The translations under genes and the position numbers were made by a program. This document shows, piece after piece, positions 51,664 to 63,570 of a DNA stretch of 64,000 bases; position 1 is the first letter of the stretch; each line of letters opens with the position of its first letter. A model generated the notes under the pieces. That model did no database searches, was not told where the DNA came from, and saw only the letters and a program-made list of their open reading frames with translations. Source of the stretch: Octopus sinensis (lineage: Eukaryota). The DNA lies in NCBI RefSeq assembly GCF_006345805.1, contig NC_043004.1:48856001-48920000 (forward strand), in the 5' to 3' direction.

Positions 51664-52361
51664 AGTAAACAAATGAGGGACAAGCAATTATAAGTGGCTG
51701 TAATTTATTTATGAGGTGTTAGATATACATATTCAAATTACAAGATGAAGATATGTTTTTACAGCTGTTTCGAAGATTCAGTGACTGGTTAATGCTCTAA
51801 TGCATATTATGCAAACAGCCTTACATAATTAAGCAATAATTATTGATACAGCAAATAATCAAAAACATTATCAACTCACATAAAGCATGATATGAGAATA
51901 TTTTCAAGCTGGAAATGTTGCATATTTTTGTCAGGAAGAAGATTCTACATATGTGAACATGTGTGTGATATATATTAGCATGGTCCCAACTTGCACACTG
52001 AAATTGGTAAAAGAGTCAGAGTATGAAGTAATTTTGGTGTGTGTGTCCGTGTGTCCTGTATTTTGATTGTAATTATATCTTGTCTGTCACTATCTGTGGT
52101 TTTAGTTTTGTCTGTAAACTGCTGGGAATGGCACATCTCTTTGGGTATACATTATCAAACTGAGTGATATGGTAAGAAGATCTAACAAAGAACTTATTTA
52201 AACAATCAGTTGAGGAGGTGCATTCTACACCTTGGATGTAAGATAACATCTCACCTATGAACTACAAGTGTAAGAATGTATCGAAATGATTGCAGTGGTA
52301 TAAATAAAGTATGTTGTTAATTCCATTTTCTTTCACTCATCTATTTGTATAAAGTCTACAG

Positions 52362-52424
52362 ATACTTTGGAATTCCTGATGTATACACAGTAGTAGAAGC
52401 ATTTCCACTGTATGAAGTCATCAG
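52362..52424 (+). CDS. Candidate 63-nt symmetric exon, unknown protein
   Basis: Pyrimidine-rich intron end + tacag acceptor, ag|gtagcc donor; open frame YFGIPDVYTVVEAFPLYEVI, phase 2-2. Confidence 0.4.
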
Positions 52425-52502
52425 GTAGCCAATAACTGAGGATGAGCTTTGCATAGCATTCTATTAAGTTTTTACCTTAATCTTAATTACTATATATATA
52501 TA

Positions 52503-52561
<59 letters not shown>

Positions 52562-52692
52562 CATGGCAACAGCTTGCAGGCTGAAACAGGAAAAGTGTTA
52601 GAGTATATGAAGTAAAATTTGGTGTGTATACATATATATGTGTGTGTATATATGTACGTGTGTGTGTGTATATGTATGTGTGTATATGTATG

Positions 52693-52727
<35 letters not shown>

Positions 52728-52788
52728 TTCATCATCATCATCATCATTTAGCGTCTGTTTCCCATGATGATGATGATGATGATGATGA

Positions 52789-52821
<33 letters not shown>

Positions 52822-53322
52822 ATATATATACATACATACATATCACACATATATACATATACACATACACACGTATATATATTACATCTTTTATTGTTAT
52901 TTTTTACTTGTTTCAGTCATTTAACTGTGGCCATGCTGGGGCACCGCTTTGTAGAAATTTTAGTCGAATGAATTAATTCCAGTGCTTATTTTTTTTCAAA
53001 GCCTGGTACTTACCCTATTTGTTTCTTATACACAGCTGCTAAGTCATAGGGAATATAAACACACAAGCACCAGCTGTCAACTAGTGGTGGAGGACAAACA
53101 CAGACACAAAGACACACACAAACACTCACACACACACACACACACACACACACATGCACGCACATACACAGGCACATGATGGGTTTCTTTCAGTTTCCAT
53201 CTACCAAGTCCATTCACAAGGTCCTGGTTGGCCCAAGGCTGGACTAGAAGACACTTGCCTAAGGGGACTGAACTTGAAACCATACAACCACATCTGCCCT
53301 TTATATAATATATATTACATAC

Positions 53323-53368
<46 letters not shown>

Positions 53369-53391
53369 TATATATATCTATATATATACAT

Positions 53392-53436
<45 letters not shown>

Positions 53437-53574
53437 ATACATACATATATATATATATATATATATTATATAATATATACATACACACACACACAACACA
53501 CACACACATATATATATATATATAATATATATATATATATAATATATATATTATATATATATATATATATAATA

Positions 53575-53818
53575 TATTATATTAATTAGAGATAAAACCA
53601 CCATTAGGCAATCATACAATGAAAAACTTAAGCCAATACATAAGATTATTAATTATATTATTTAAATATATAACAAAATTATAAAAAAAATATAATTAAT
53701 TTTTTAATAATTTTGTTATATATTTAAATAATATAAATCAAATAATCTTATGTATTGGCTTAAGTTTTTCATTGTATGATTTGCCTAATGGTGGTTTTAT
53801 CTCTAATTTAATATAATA
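53575..53818. repeat. ~240-bp AT-rich palindrome
   Basis: Arms ~53575-53682 and ~53707-53818 are near-exact reverse complements; preceded by a (TA)n tract. Confidence 0.85.
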
Positions 53819-54154
53819 TAATATTTTACTATAAAATTGGATTCAATCCTAAATCTGATTTTTCCCTGTAAGTTTGGATTTATTCCCTAATATTTATTAT
53901 TGATTTATATATATATATATATGTCCTAATAAGTAGGAAGGTAGACAAATCACAAACGCCTTCAGGTAGCTGGCCCTGCTCGATCTGTAGAAAAGGTGTA
54001 GGTAGAACTCTATAAGATGTACCCAGTGTAAGCTATGGACACATAAGAGGTGCAGCAATGTCAAAGGAAGGCTAACTAGGAAGATAGTTTTTGTATGTGG
54101 CAGATGCTCAGGAGCAATAAACACTGAAAATGCTCTGAGACCAACTTCCGCCAC

Positions 54155-55200
54155 ATTCCAGGGAGAAAAACTAGAAATAGTTGATAGCTTCCGTTACCTA
54201 GGTGACCAAGTCAGTAGTGGGGGTGGGTGTGCTGAAAGTGTAACTGCTAGAGTAACAATAGCCTGGGCAAAGTTCAGAGAACTATTACCTCTGCTGGTGA
54301 CTAAAGGCCTCTCGCTCAGAGTAAAAGGCAGATTGTATGTTGCATGTGTATGAACAGCCATGCTACATGACAGTAAAACATGGGCCATGACTGCTGTGGA
54401 TATGCGTAAGCTTGCAAGAAATGAAGCCAGTATGCTCTGATGGATATGTAATGTCAGTGTTCATACTCGACAGAGTGTAAGTACCTTGAGAGAAAAGTTG
54501 GACCTAAGAAGCATCAGTTGTGGTGTGCAAGAGAGACGTTTGCGCTGGTATGGTCATGTGGCAAGAATGGATGAAGATAATTGTGTGAAAAAGTGCCACA
54601 CCCTAGCGGTTGAGGAAACCTGTGGAAGAGGCAGACCCAGGAAAACCTGGGATGAGGTGGTGAAGCATGACCTTTGAACTTTAGGTCTCATCGAGGAAAT
54701 GACTAGAGACCGAGACCTTTGGAAGTATGCTGTGCGTGAGAAGACCTGGCAGGACAAGTCAGACCGTAACCTGTGGCCTCTACCTGGGATGTAGCCAGTC
54801 CACTTATGCATACCTTTCCTTCTTGGGACACAAAACTCTACTTGTGCAGACCTGTTGAGGCAAGTGAAAATCAAAATCAAAATCAATATCGATCAACATC
54901 AATGGAAATTGCAGTTGTGATACCAGTGCCGGTGGTACGTAAGAGAGCCATCCAAATGTGGCCGTGCCAGTGGCACGTAAAAAGCACCATCCGATCGTGG
55001 CTGTTTGCCAGCCTCGTCTGGCACGTAAAAGCACCCACTACACTCACGGAGTGGTTGACTTTAGGAAGGGCATCCAGCTGTAGAAACATTGCCAGATCAG
55101 ACTGGGCCTGGTGCAGCCTTCTGGCTTCCTAGACCCTAGTTGAACCGTCCAACCCATGCTAGCATGGAAAGCGGACGCTAAACGATGATGATGATGATGA
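54155..55200 (+). mobile_element. 5'-truncated RTE LINE (ORF C-terminus, long 3' UTR, (GAT)n tail)
   Basis: EIVDSFRYLGDQ...RRLRWYGHVARM...GRGRPRKTWDEVV with in-frame stops. Confidence 0.9.
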
Positions 55201-55777
55201 TATATATATTCTTTTACTTGTTTCATTCATTTGACTGTGGCCATTCTGGAGCACTGCACTGAAGGGTTTTAGATGAACAAATCAACCCCAGTACTTATTT
55301 TAAAGCCTAGTACTTACTCTATCGATCTATTTGCTGAACCACTAAGTTACAGGAACATAAGCACAAACAATAGCAGTTGTCAAGTGGTGATGGGGGTTGG
55401 GGAATAAACACAGGCATGAGAAAAACATTTAATAATTGATGTAGAAAAACGATCATTTTTATACATGAACTTCTGTTTGTTTATTACATGATAATAATGA
55501 GTGAGATGTATGAGTCATTTTATTTTATCAATACAGTAATGGCAATTATATAATCTAGTTCATTTAAATAGGTTATTTACTCATTCTTGAATGTAATGAT
55601 AGTAATGGTAAATGAAGTTATTGAAGTATTCATGTTGCATTAAGAGTGAATATTTCTTTATGAACAATGTTTTCGTTTTATTTTGGGGTACATAAGCCTT
55701 TACTGCAAACTGTGAGAATGTTTGAGTCAATGAAGTTTGTGCACAACTAAACTCATACCATTGCATAATTTCGGTTG

Positions 55778-56085
55778 TTGAGGCACATGGCCTAGTGGTT
55801 AGAGCAGCGGACTTGTGGTCGAGGGATCGTAGGTTCAAATCTCAGACCAGGCGATGTGTGTGTTTATGAGCGAAACACCTAAGCTTCACACGGCTCCTGC
55901 AGAAGGTAATGGCGAGACTTCTGCTGACTCTTTCGCCACAACTTTCTCTCACTCTTTCTTCCTGCATCTTGCAGCTCGCCTACGACGGACTGGCGTCCCG
56001 TCCAAGTGGGGAACCTATACGCCAAGGAAACTGGGAAACCGGCCCTTATGAGCCAGGCATGGCTTGAGAAGGAACAAACAAACAA
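55778..56085 (+). mobile_element. tRNA-derived SINE with V-domain-like core
   Basis: Head ggcctagtggttagagcagcgg...ggttcaaatc; gacggactggcgtcccgtcca resembles the V-SINE core; (AAAC)n tail. Confidence 0.65.
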
Positions 56086-56515
56086 AAAACCAAATAATTT
56101 TGGTTGAGACAAAATATGTAATAGCATAATAGGAGTCCCTTTTCTCAACTGAAGACAATGAGGAGCTGTGCCTGGTGGTTGTAGTGAGTTAAAGAATTCG
56201 ATGGGGTGGTTGACAATATCCTGATTATCAACGACACTGTCAGTTGAGTTATAAAGGAAGACTTCTGGAAGTTTATTCCATAGCATATTATTAATAGTAT
56301 GAAGAGGAACATTTTTTGGAGCCAGGATAGTTCTGCACCGATGTAATTTGTATTGTTGTAATTATGAGGAAGGATTAGGAAAGGTTTCATACATCAAACT
56401 ATCGACGGAATCAGTTGAAATATCTATTGTATCAATTGGAACTCTCCCTTCACCGAATTTCAAAAGCTGCTCTGGAAATAGTTCGACTGACTGATCTCTT
56501 GAAAATGTCAATCTC
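56085..56515 (-). mobile_element. Helitron PIF1-helicase fragment
   Basis: YNSTDSVV...HPIEFFNSLQPPGTAPHCLQLRKGTPIMLLHILSQPKL matches the PEFLNSL.P.G.PPH.L.LK.G.PIMLLRNL motif; APKN upstream in another frame. Confidence 0.85.
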
Positions 56516-56877
56516 AATCATGAGTTTAATTTTTTTATTATATTTATCAATACAGTATTGGTGATTGATTATATAATACAGTTCATTTAAATAGGTAATT
56601 TAGTCATTCTTAAATGTAATGATGGTTAATGGTAAATGAATTTATTGAAATATTCATGTTGCATTAAGAGTGAATGTTTCTTTATAAATAATGTTTTTTT
56701 GTTTTATTTCGGGGTGCACAAGGAAAAAGGTTTGCTTTTGCTCTCACATGTGATGCTCCTATATAAAGTTGGTTATGTGAAAAGCATGGTTCTTGGAGTT
56801 GTAATCCAGTGGCTTTTAGTGTTTGGCCCTGGCTTTTATTGATACTCATGGTGAAAGAAACTCAGATAGGAAACATG

Positions 56878-56886
56878 TGTGTATAT

Positions 56887-56917
<31 letters not shown>

Positions 56918-56997
56918 TACATATATATACATACATAGATATATATATATATACATATATATATATACACACACACACATACACACACACACATATA

Positions 56998-57051
<54 letters not shown>

Positions 57052-57206
57052 TACATATATATACATATATATATACATATATATATACATATATATACAT
57101 ATATATATACACATACATATATATATATATATATACACACACATACATATATATATATATACACACACACATACATATATATATACACACACATATATAT
57201 ATATAT
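56878..57206. repeat. (TA/CA)n microsatellite
   Basis: Directly visible. Confidence 0.95.
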
Positions 57207-57769
57207 GCATGTACAAGAGATGTGAAAGAAAGATGATGCTTTATTGAAGGGAAGTAATGTTGCTAAAGAACCAGGATAGCATTGCAGGGACTGACAGTAG
57301 AGGTGTGGAAGAAGTCAGCAAAACCTTCTGCACAAGCCCCTTTTAATCAAAAGCAGTGGTCACGCCTCTGTTGGAAAGCGAAAGAGAGAAAGTACCATCT
57401 ATTCTGATCAATGAAGTCAAGAGAGAATCTCAAGCTGACGAACAAAGGAAATGTACCGGGCAAAGATGGTACAACATGTGAAATGCTACAGGCCAGTGGA
57501 GAGAAGTTATGGAAAATCCCCACTCTACGCTTCAACTGCTACCTAGAAGAAGGGCCAGTACTTGCCCAATGGAAGAAGTCAAATATGACCCTGCTGTACA
57601 AGAAGGGAAAATGTTAAGAACTCTCATCCCATCTGCCTCCTGTCTCATATTTACAAGCTGTTCACAAAGATAATCGCTGAATGGTTATCTCCACAACTGG
57701 ATGAGCAACAGCCAAGAGAAAAGGCAAGGTTCAGAAAGAAGTACAGCACTACAGATCATATATTTACTC

Positions 57770-58174
57770 TACTCTTTTACTCTTTTACTTGTTTCACTCA
57801 TTTGACTGCGGCCATGCTGGAGCACCGCCTTTAGTTGAGCAAATCGACCCCGAGACTTATTCTTTGTAAGCCCAGTACTTATTCTATCGGATCTCTTTTT
57901 GCCGAACCGCTAAGTGACGGGGACGTAAACACACCAGCATCGGTTGTCCAGCAATGCTAGGGGGACAAACACAGACACACAAACACACACATACATATAC
58001 ATATATATACATATATACAACAGGCTTCTTTCAGTTTCCGTCTACCAAATCCACTCACAAGGCATTGGTCGGCCCGGGGCTATAGCAGAAGACACTTGCC
58101 CAAGATGCCACGCAGTAGGATTGAACCCAGAACCATGTGGTTGGTAAGCGAGCTACTTACCACACAGCCACTCT
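57770..58174 (-). mobile_element. tRNA-derived SINE, family 1
   Basis: Full-length reverse copy inside the RTE remnant. Confidence 0.85.
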
Positions 58175-58877
58175 AATGAAGTTGCTTGAATGAGCAAGAG
58201 AGTACCAGTTGTCTCTGTGCATTGCATTCATTGATTATGTGAAAGCTTTTGACAGCATTGAAATCAATGCAGTACTGCAAGCTCCCAGGAAACCGGGTGT
58301 GATGGTGTAGTATGTCACCCTCCTTAGGGAGACGAATAATGGGTGCACAACAAATGTGGTCCTATTATCCTCACCAGTGAATGTTCCAGTGTAGAAGGGT
58401 GTCAAGCAAAGAGCCATCATCTCTCCTAAGCTTTACGTGGCATGCCTTGAGATGGTCATGCGAGACATGAACTGGAATGAAGGCATGAGGATAAACGGAG
58501 AGCTGTTCATCCATCGAAAATTCACTGACAACATAGCACTGATAGCAGAGAGCACTGATCGGCTGCTGACCATGGTGAACGAACTGGATTTCAGAGGTTT
58601 GGCGGTCAGCCTGATGATCAACCGTATGAAAACCAAGTACATATGGTCTGGGGGTGAGCTAATCAGTTGCCTAACAGTCGGAGGTGATGAAATAGAAGAG
58701 GTTTGCAGCTATGTGTATTTCAGTCAAGAAGTGACTATAAGGCGAGAGATGGAGAATGAGATCTCGCGAAGGGTAAGAGCATTCAGCTCAGTGAAGAATG
58801 TGCTGAAGGCAAACTTACACAAGGCAACTCATGCCAGTCTCTTCAAGAGCACAGCCTTGCCTGCAATGCTATACATA

Positions 58878-59270
58878 TAGCAGGAGTGGCTGTGTGGTAA
58901 GTAGCTTGCTAACCAACCACATGGTTCCGGGTTCAGTCCCACTGCGTGGCATCTTGGGCAAGTGTCTTCTGCTATAGCCCCGGGCCGACCAATGCCTTGT
59001 GAGTGGATTTGGTAGACAGAAACTGAAAGAAGCCTGTCGCATATATATATATGTATATATATGTGTGTGTGTGTTTGTCCCCCTAGCATTGCTTGACAAC
59101 CGATGCTGGTGTGTTTACGTTCCCGTCACTTAGCGGTTCGGCAAAAGAGACAGATAGAATAAGTACTGGGCTTACAAAGAATAAGTCCCGGGGTCGATTT
59201 GCTCGACTAAAGGCAGTACTCCAGCATGGCCACAGTCAAATGACTGAAACAAGTAAAAGAGTAAAGAGAG
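58878..59270 (+). mobile_element. tRNA-derived SINE, family 1
   Basis: Full-length copy inside the RTE remnant. Confidence 0.85.
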
Positions 59271-60082
59271 AGAATATGTGAAACTTGGGTCTTGATGAAG
59301 AGAGCACAATGACATCTGCTTACGGTGCAGAGAGCTATGGAAAGTTTGATGTTGGGAATCACACTAAAGAGATCACACCTGGAATGAGGAGATCAAGGAT
59401 AGAATTGGAGTGAAGGACATCATCAGAGAATACCACTTGCGAAGCTATGATGGGCCGGACATGTCACAAGTTTCACAGACGAATGGAGGGCCCATGCAGT
59501 TGTCAAGTGGTACCCACACAAGCAGAAGAGATACTTGGAAAATCACCAATGAGGTGGGAAGATGATTTTTAAAAATGTTTGGAACAACGTGGAGGAGAAT
59601 GGTGAGAGCAGGAGGAGAGTGGAGCAAATGTTGTGGCTAACAGAGCCAACACAAGACCAAATAGCCTGGCTGATTCAAGCGATCCAAGTGATACGTATAT
59701 ACATGTATGTATGTATATATATATATATATACATATATTTGTATATATATGTGTGCATATATATATGTATATATACTTGTATATATATATATGTATATAT
59801 ATATATATAAGTATATATATATGTATATATATATATAAGTATATATGTATATATATATAAGTATATATATATGTATATATATATATATGTATATATAAGC
59901 AATTAAGGGTTTAGCAACGAATTGCCTTACCACACACCGAATTTAGAAATAGCAGTCAAAGAGATTATAGCTATTTCTTCTACTAAAAGGGAGATCACAG
60001 TAAAGGCACAGCATTTGAAAGGCAAACACAAACAGGTAAAAGAGAATGAACTAACGGCAATCTATCATACAGTTTTAAGTCA

Positions 60083-60174
60083 CCTACGGACGTACGTTTC
60101 GAGATCAAGTCTTAGGAAAGCATAAGAATTAGATAACTCTACCTTACCCAGACTTCTTCTTTCATCAGCGCAGG
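60083..60174 (-). ncRNA. Type I hammerhead ribozyme, intact core (left-arm copy)
   Basis: Exact reverse complement of 60473-60564. Confidence 0.8.
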
Positions 60175-60472
60175 ATACAAACAATCATGAATGATTGAAT
60201 ATTGAATTTTGAGATACTAGAAGGCACCACTCAACTCAGTATCAGAGCGAGCTAGAAGCCACAGCTAGTATCACCAAATTCAAAGTATGAATGAAAGCTT
60301 GTGTCACCAGTCCATTCCACTCGCGGTGGGAATGGACTGGTGACACAAGCTTTCATTCATACTTTGAATTTGGTGATACTAGCTGTGGCTTCTAGCTCGC
60401 TCTGATACTGAGTTGAGTTGGTGCCTTCTAGTATCTCAAAATTCAATATTCAATCATTCATGATGTTTGTAT

Positions 60473-60564
60473 CCTGCGCTGATGAAAGAAGAAGTCTGGG
60501 TAAGGTAGAGTTATCTAATTCTTATGCTTTCCTAAGACTTGATCTCGAAACGTACGTCCGTAGG
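60473..60564 (+). ncRNA. Type I hammerhead ribozyme, intact core, long stem II
   Basis: cctgcg CTGATGA aagaagaagtct...agacttgatctc GAAA cgtac GTC cgtagg; palindromic stem III ACGTACGT; GUC site at 60556-60558. Confidence 0.8.
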
Positions 60565-60871
60565 TGACTTAAAACTGTATGATAGATTGCCGTTAGTTCA
60601 TTCTCTTTTACCTGTTTGTGTTTGCCTTTCAAATGCTGTGCCTTTACTGTGATCTCCCTTTTAGTAGAAGAAATAGCTATAATCTCTTTGACTGCTATTT
60701 CTAAATTCGGTGTGTGGTAAGGCAATTCGTTGCTAAACCCTTAATTGCTTAGTATTACTTAAATTTTCCTCGAATGAGGCTTTTACATGCCGAAGACTAC
60801 TTGGTGTAATTGATAATTGTTCCAAATTAATTAATTTCACCCTTTATTGTTACTTATATGTATATATATAT

Positions 60872-61122
60872 ATATTGTTATATTTCGGAATGGTCATATT
60901 GCCAGTTTAGCCAATAAAAACACACGCAGTATATATTTGGTGTTATTTTGCTTCATTATTATTTTTTTACATTAATCTTAATCTTATTTCAGCCAGAGTT
61001 CTTTCGTCACACTCCTGTGACCGCATCAGTGGTCCTTTGTTTTCTTCTTTCTTATATATATATAGTGTGTGTGTTTTTATTGGCTAAACTGGCAATATGA
61101 CCATTCCGAAATATAACAATAT
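60872..61122. mobile_element. 251-bp foldback element with perfect 54-bp terminal inverted repeats
   Basis: 60872-60925 is the exact reverse complement of 61069-61122; hammerhead-like motif inside. Confidence 0.85.
60993..61032 (-). ncRNA. Atypical hammerhead-like motif
   Basis: Minus: cca CTGATGC g gtcac-aggagt-gtgac GAAA gaac TC tgg; A9 is C; stem III one change from AGATCT. Confidence 0.4.
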
Positions 61123-61176
61123 CTGTTTCAACACACGACTTCACATAAAAAATCTTGCACAACAAATATTTAAACG

Positions 61177-61207
<31 letters not shown>

Positions 61208-61466
61208 GTATATATATATGTATATATATATATGTAATGTATATATATATATGATATATATATGTATATATATATGTATATATGTATATATATCATCATC
61301 ATCGTTTTAACGTCCGCTTTCCATGCTAGCATGGGTTGGACCAACCCATATGTATATATATATGTATAATATATATGTATATATATATATGTATATATAT
61401 GTATATATTAATATGATATATATATCTATGTATATAATATAGTATATTATATATATGTGTATATAT

Positions 61467-61499
<33 letters not shown>

Positions 61500-61573
61500 A
61501 TATGTATATATGATGTATATATGTATGTATATACATATATCTGTATATATATCTGTATATATATGTGTGCAGC

Positions 61574-61608
<35 letters not shown>

Positions 61609-63158
61609 TCTTTTTTTTTTACTTGTTTCAGTCATTTGACTGCGGCCATGCTGGAGCACCACCTTTTAGTTGAGCAAATCGACCCCGGGACTTATTCTTT
61701 GTAAGCCCAGTACTTATTCTATCGGTCTCTTTTGCCGAACCGCTAAGTTACGGGGACATAAACACACCAAGCTATGTTTGAGGAGACAAACACACACACA
61801 CACACACACATATGTATATACATATACATATATACGACGGGCTTCTTTCAGTTTCTGTCTACCAAATCCAGTCACAAGGATTTGGTTCACCCAAGGCTAC
61901 AGTAGAAGACACTTGCCCAAGGTGTGTGTTTATGTGTTTGTGTGGCTGTGTTTGTCCCCCCAACATCGCTTGACAACCGATGCTGGTGTGTTTACATCCC
62001 TGTAACTTAACAGATCGGCAAAAGATACCGATAGAATAAGTACTAGGCTTACAAAGAATAAGTCCTGGGGTCGTATTCCTCTACTAAAGGCGGTGCTGCA
62101 GTATGGCCACAGTCAAATAACTGAAACAAGTAAAAGAGTATGTTTATATAAATAATATATGTGTATGTATATATATATATATATGTATATATAAATAATA
62201 TACGTATGTGTATATATATATGTATATATAAATAATATACATATGTGTGTAAATATAAATGATATATGTATATGTGTGTATGTATATATATGTATATATA
62301 TGCATATATAAATAATATGTGTACGTATATATACATATATATGTATGTGTGTGTGTACCAATGCATGTATATATATATATATATATATATAACATGTATA
62401 TATATATATATGTGTGTATATAATGTATATATATTTAGGTTTATATTATACATTCATGTTGTGTGTGTGCATGTATTCTTCGTTAATTAAAATACTCCTT
62501 GATGTCTGTGCATGTTTTCCGCATTAATTTCAAGCATCTGCTGTCGCTTCTTATTCAAATCCATTGATAACACTCGTGAAAGAAATTCATTACATGTTTT
62601 ATTACATGTATGGTGAACATGGCATTAATTTCTGTCCATGCAGCAACATAACATGAATGCAGTTTATGGCTCTAAACATTTTCTTCCTAAATCTTCAAGG
62701 ATGCAAAGTAAATATTACTTTGTTGTATGCATAAAGTCTACATATATATATATATTCAATATGTATTTTAATTAAGTTTTCCTAAGTGAAGGGAAAGAAA
62801 TTCAGTACGTGTATTATTTTACATCCCATATTTTCTGGCACAGAAGTTAATGTAGTGTTTAGTATAAACATGTCATGTAAGAAGCATTTAAACATTGTCA
62901 CAACTTTCCAAATCCTGCTGCATTCCATATGGAACTTTCGGCCCTCCAAAGTCATCTTGTTGTATAAGTGAACCCATCTCTTTTGGCTGTAAATTTGGGT
63001 CTGAAAATCTTAATTCATATGCCAGAAAATACTGTATTGTAAACCTGATGATGGTACCACGTTACTGTTGTTTACATTCTTGAGGGAAAAGTGTCATTAA
63101 ACAATTAATTTCAGTCAGCTAATATTCAATTAAAAATTTTAAATGAAATCAATATGTA

Positions 63159-63570
63159 TAGGCACAGGAGTGGCTGTGTGGTAAGTAGCTTGCTAACCAA
63201 CCACATGGTTCCGGGTTCAGTCCCACTGCGTGGCATCTTGTCTTCTGCTATAGCACCGGGCCGACCAATGCCTTGTGAGTGGATTTGGTAGACGGAAACT
63301 GAAAGAAGCCTGTCGTATATATATATATATATTATATATATGTGTGTGTGTGTTTGTGTGTCTGTGTTTGTCCCCCTAGCATTGCTTGACAACCGATGCT
63401 GGTGTGTTTACGTCCCCGTCACTTAGTGGTTCGGCAAAAGAGACCGATAGAATAAGTACTGGGCTTACAAAGAATAAGTCCCGGGGTCGATTTGCTCGAC
63501 TAAAGGTGGTGCTCCAGCATGGCCGCAGTCAAATGACTGAAACAAGTAAAAGAGTAAAAGAGAGTAAAGA
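63159..63570 (+). mobile_element. tRNA-derived SINE, family 1
   Basis: Full-length copy with a small internal deletion. Confidence 0.85.

Larger units (their letters stand above)
57290..59690 (+). mobile_element. Decayed RTE LINE RT region interrupted by two SINEs
   Basis: PGKDG...LLYKKG; GMRINGE...KFTDNIALIAES (YADD-equivalent)...INRMKTKY; GHVT/WAHAVVKWYP remnant. Confidence 0.8.
59897..60750. repeat. ~850-bp near-perfect palindrome, probably PLE-derived
   Basis: Arms 59897-60320 and 60326-60750 with a 5-nt spacer tcgcg; identical ORFs on opposite strands; about three 1-nt indels seen. Confidence 0.95.

Noticed and set aside
59922-60125. 67-aa ORF present twice on opposite strands
   Set aside because: A consequence of the palindrome; it overlaps the ribozyme antisense and has no recognisable domain
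60765-60805. ggc-loop-gcc GAAG motif just past the palindrome
   Set aside because: The upstream core does not match CUGANGA and there is no stem I or III
56809-62490. Many IY/YT/CV-rich ORFs
   Set aside because: Translations of (TA)n/(CA)n microsatellites
63039-63075. Hammerhead-like gtaaac CTGATGA tggtacca c GTTA ctgtt gtttac
   Set aside because: GAAA has two changes and stem III is not palindromic; may be an old relic but is not supportable
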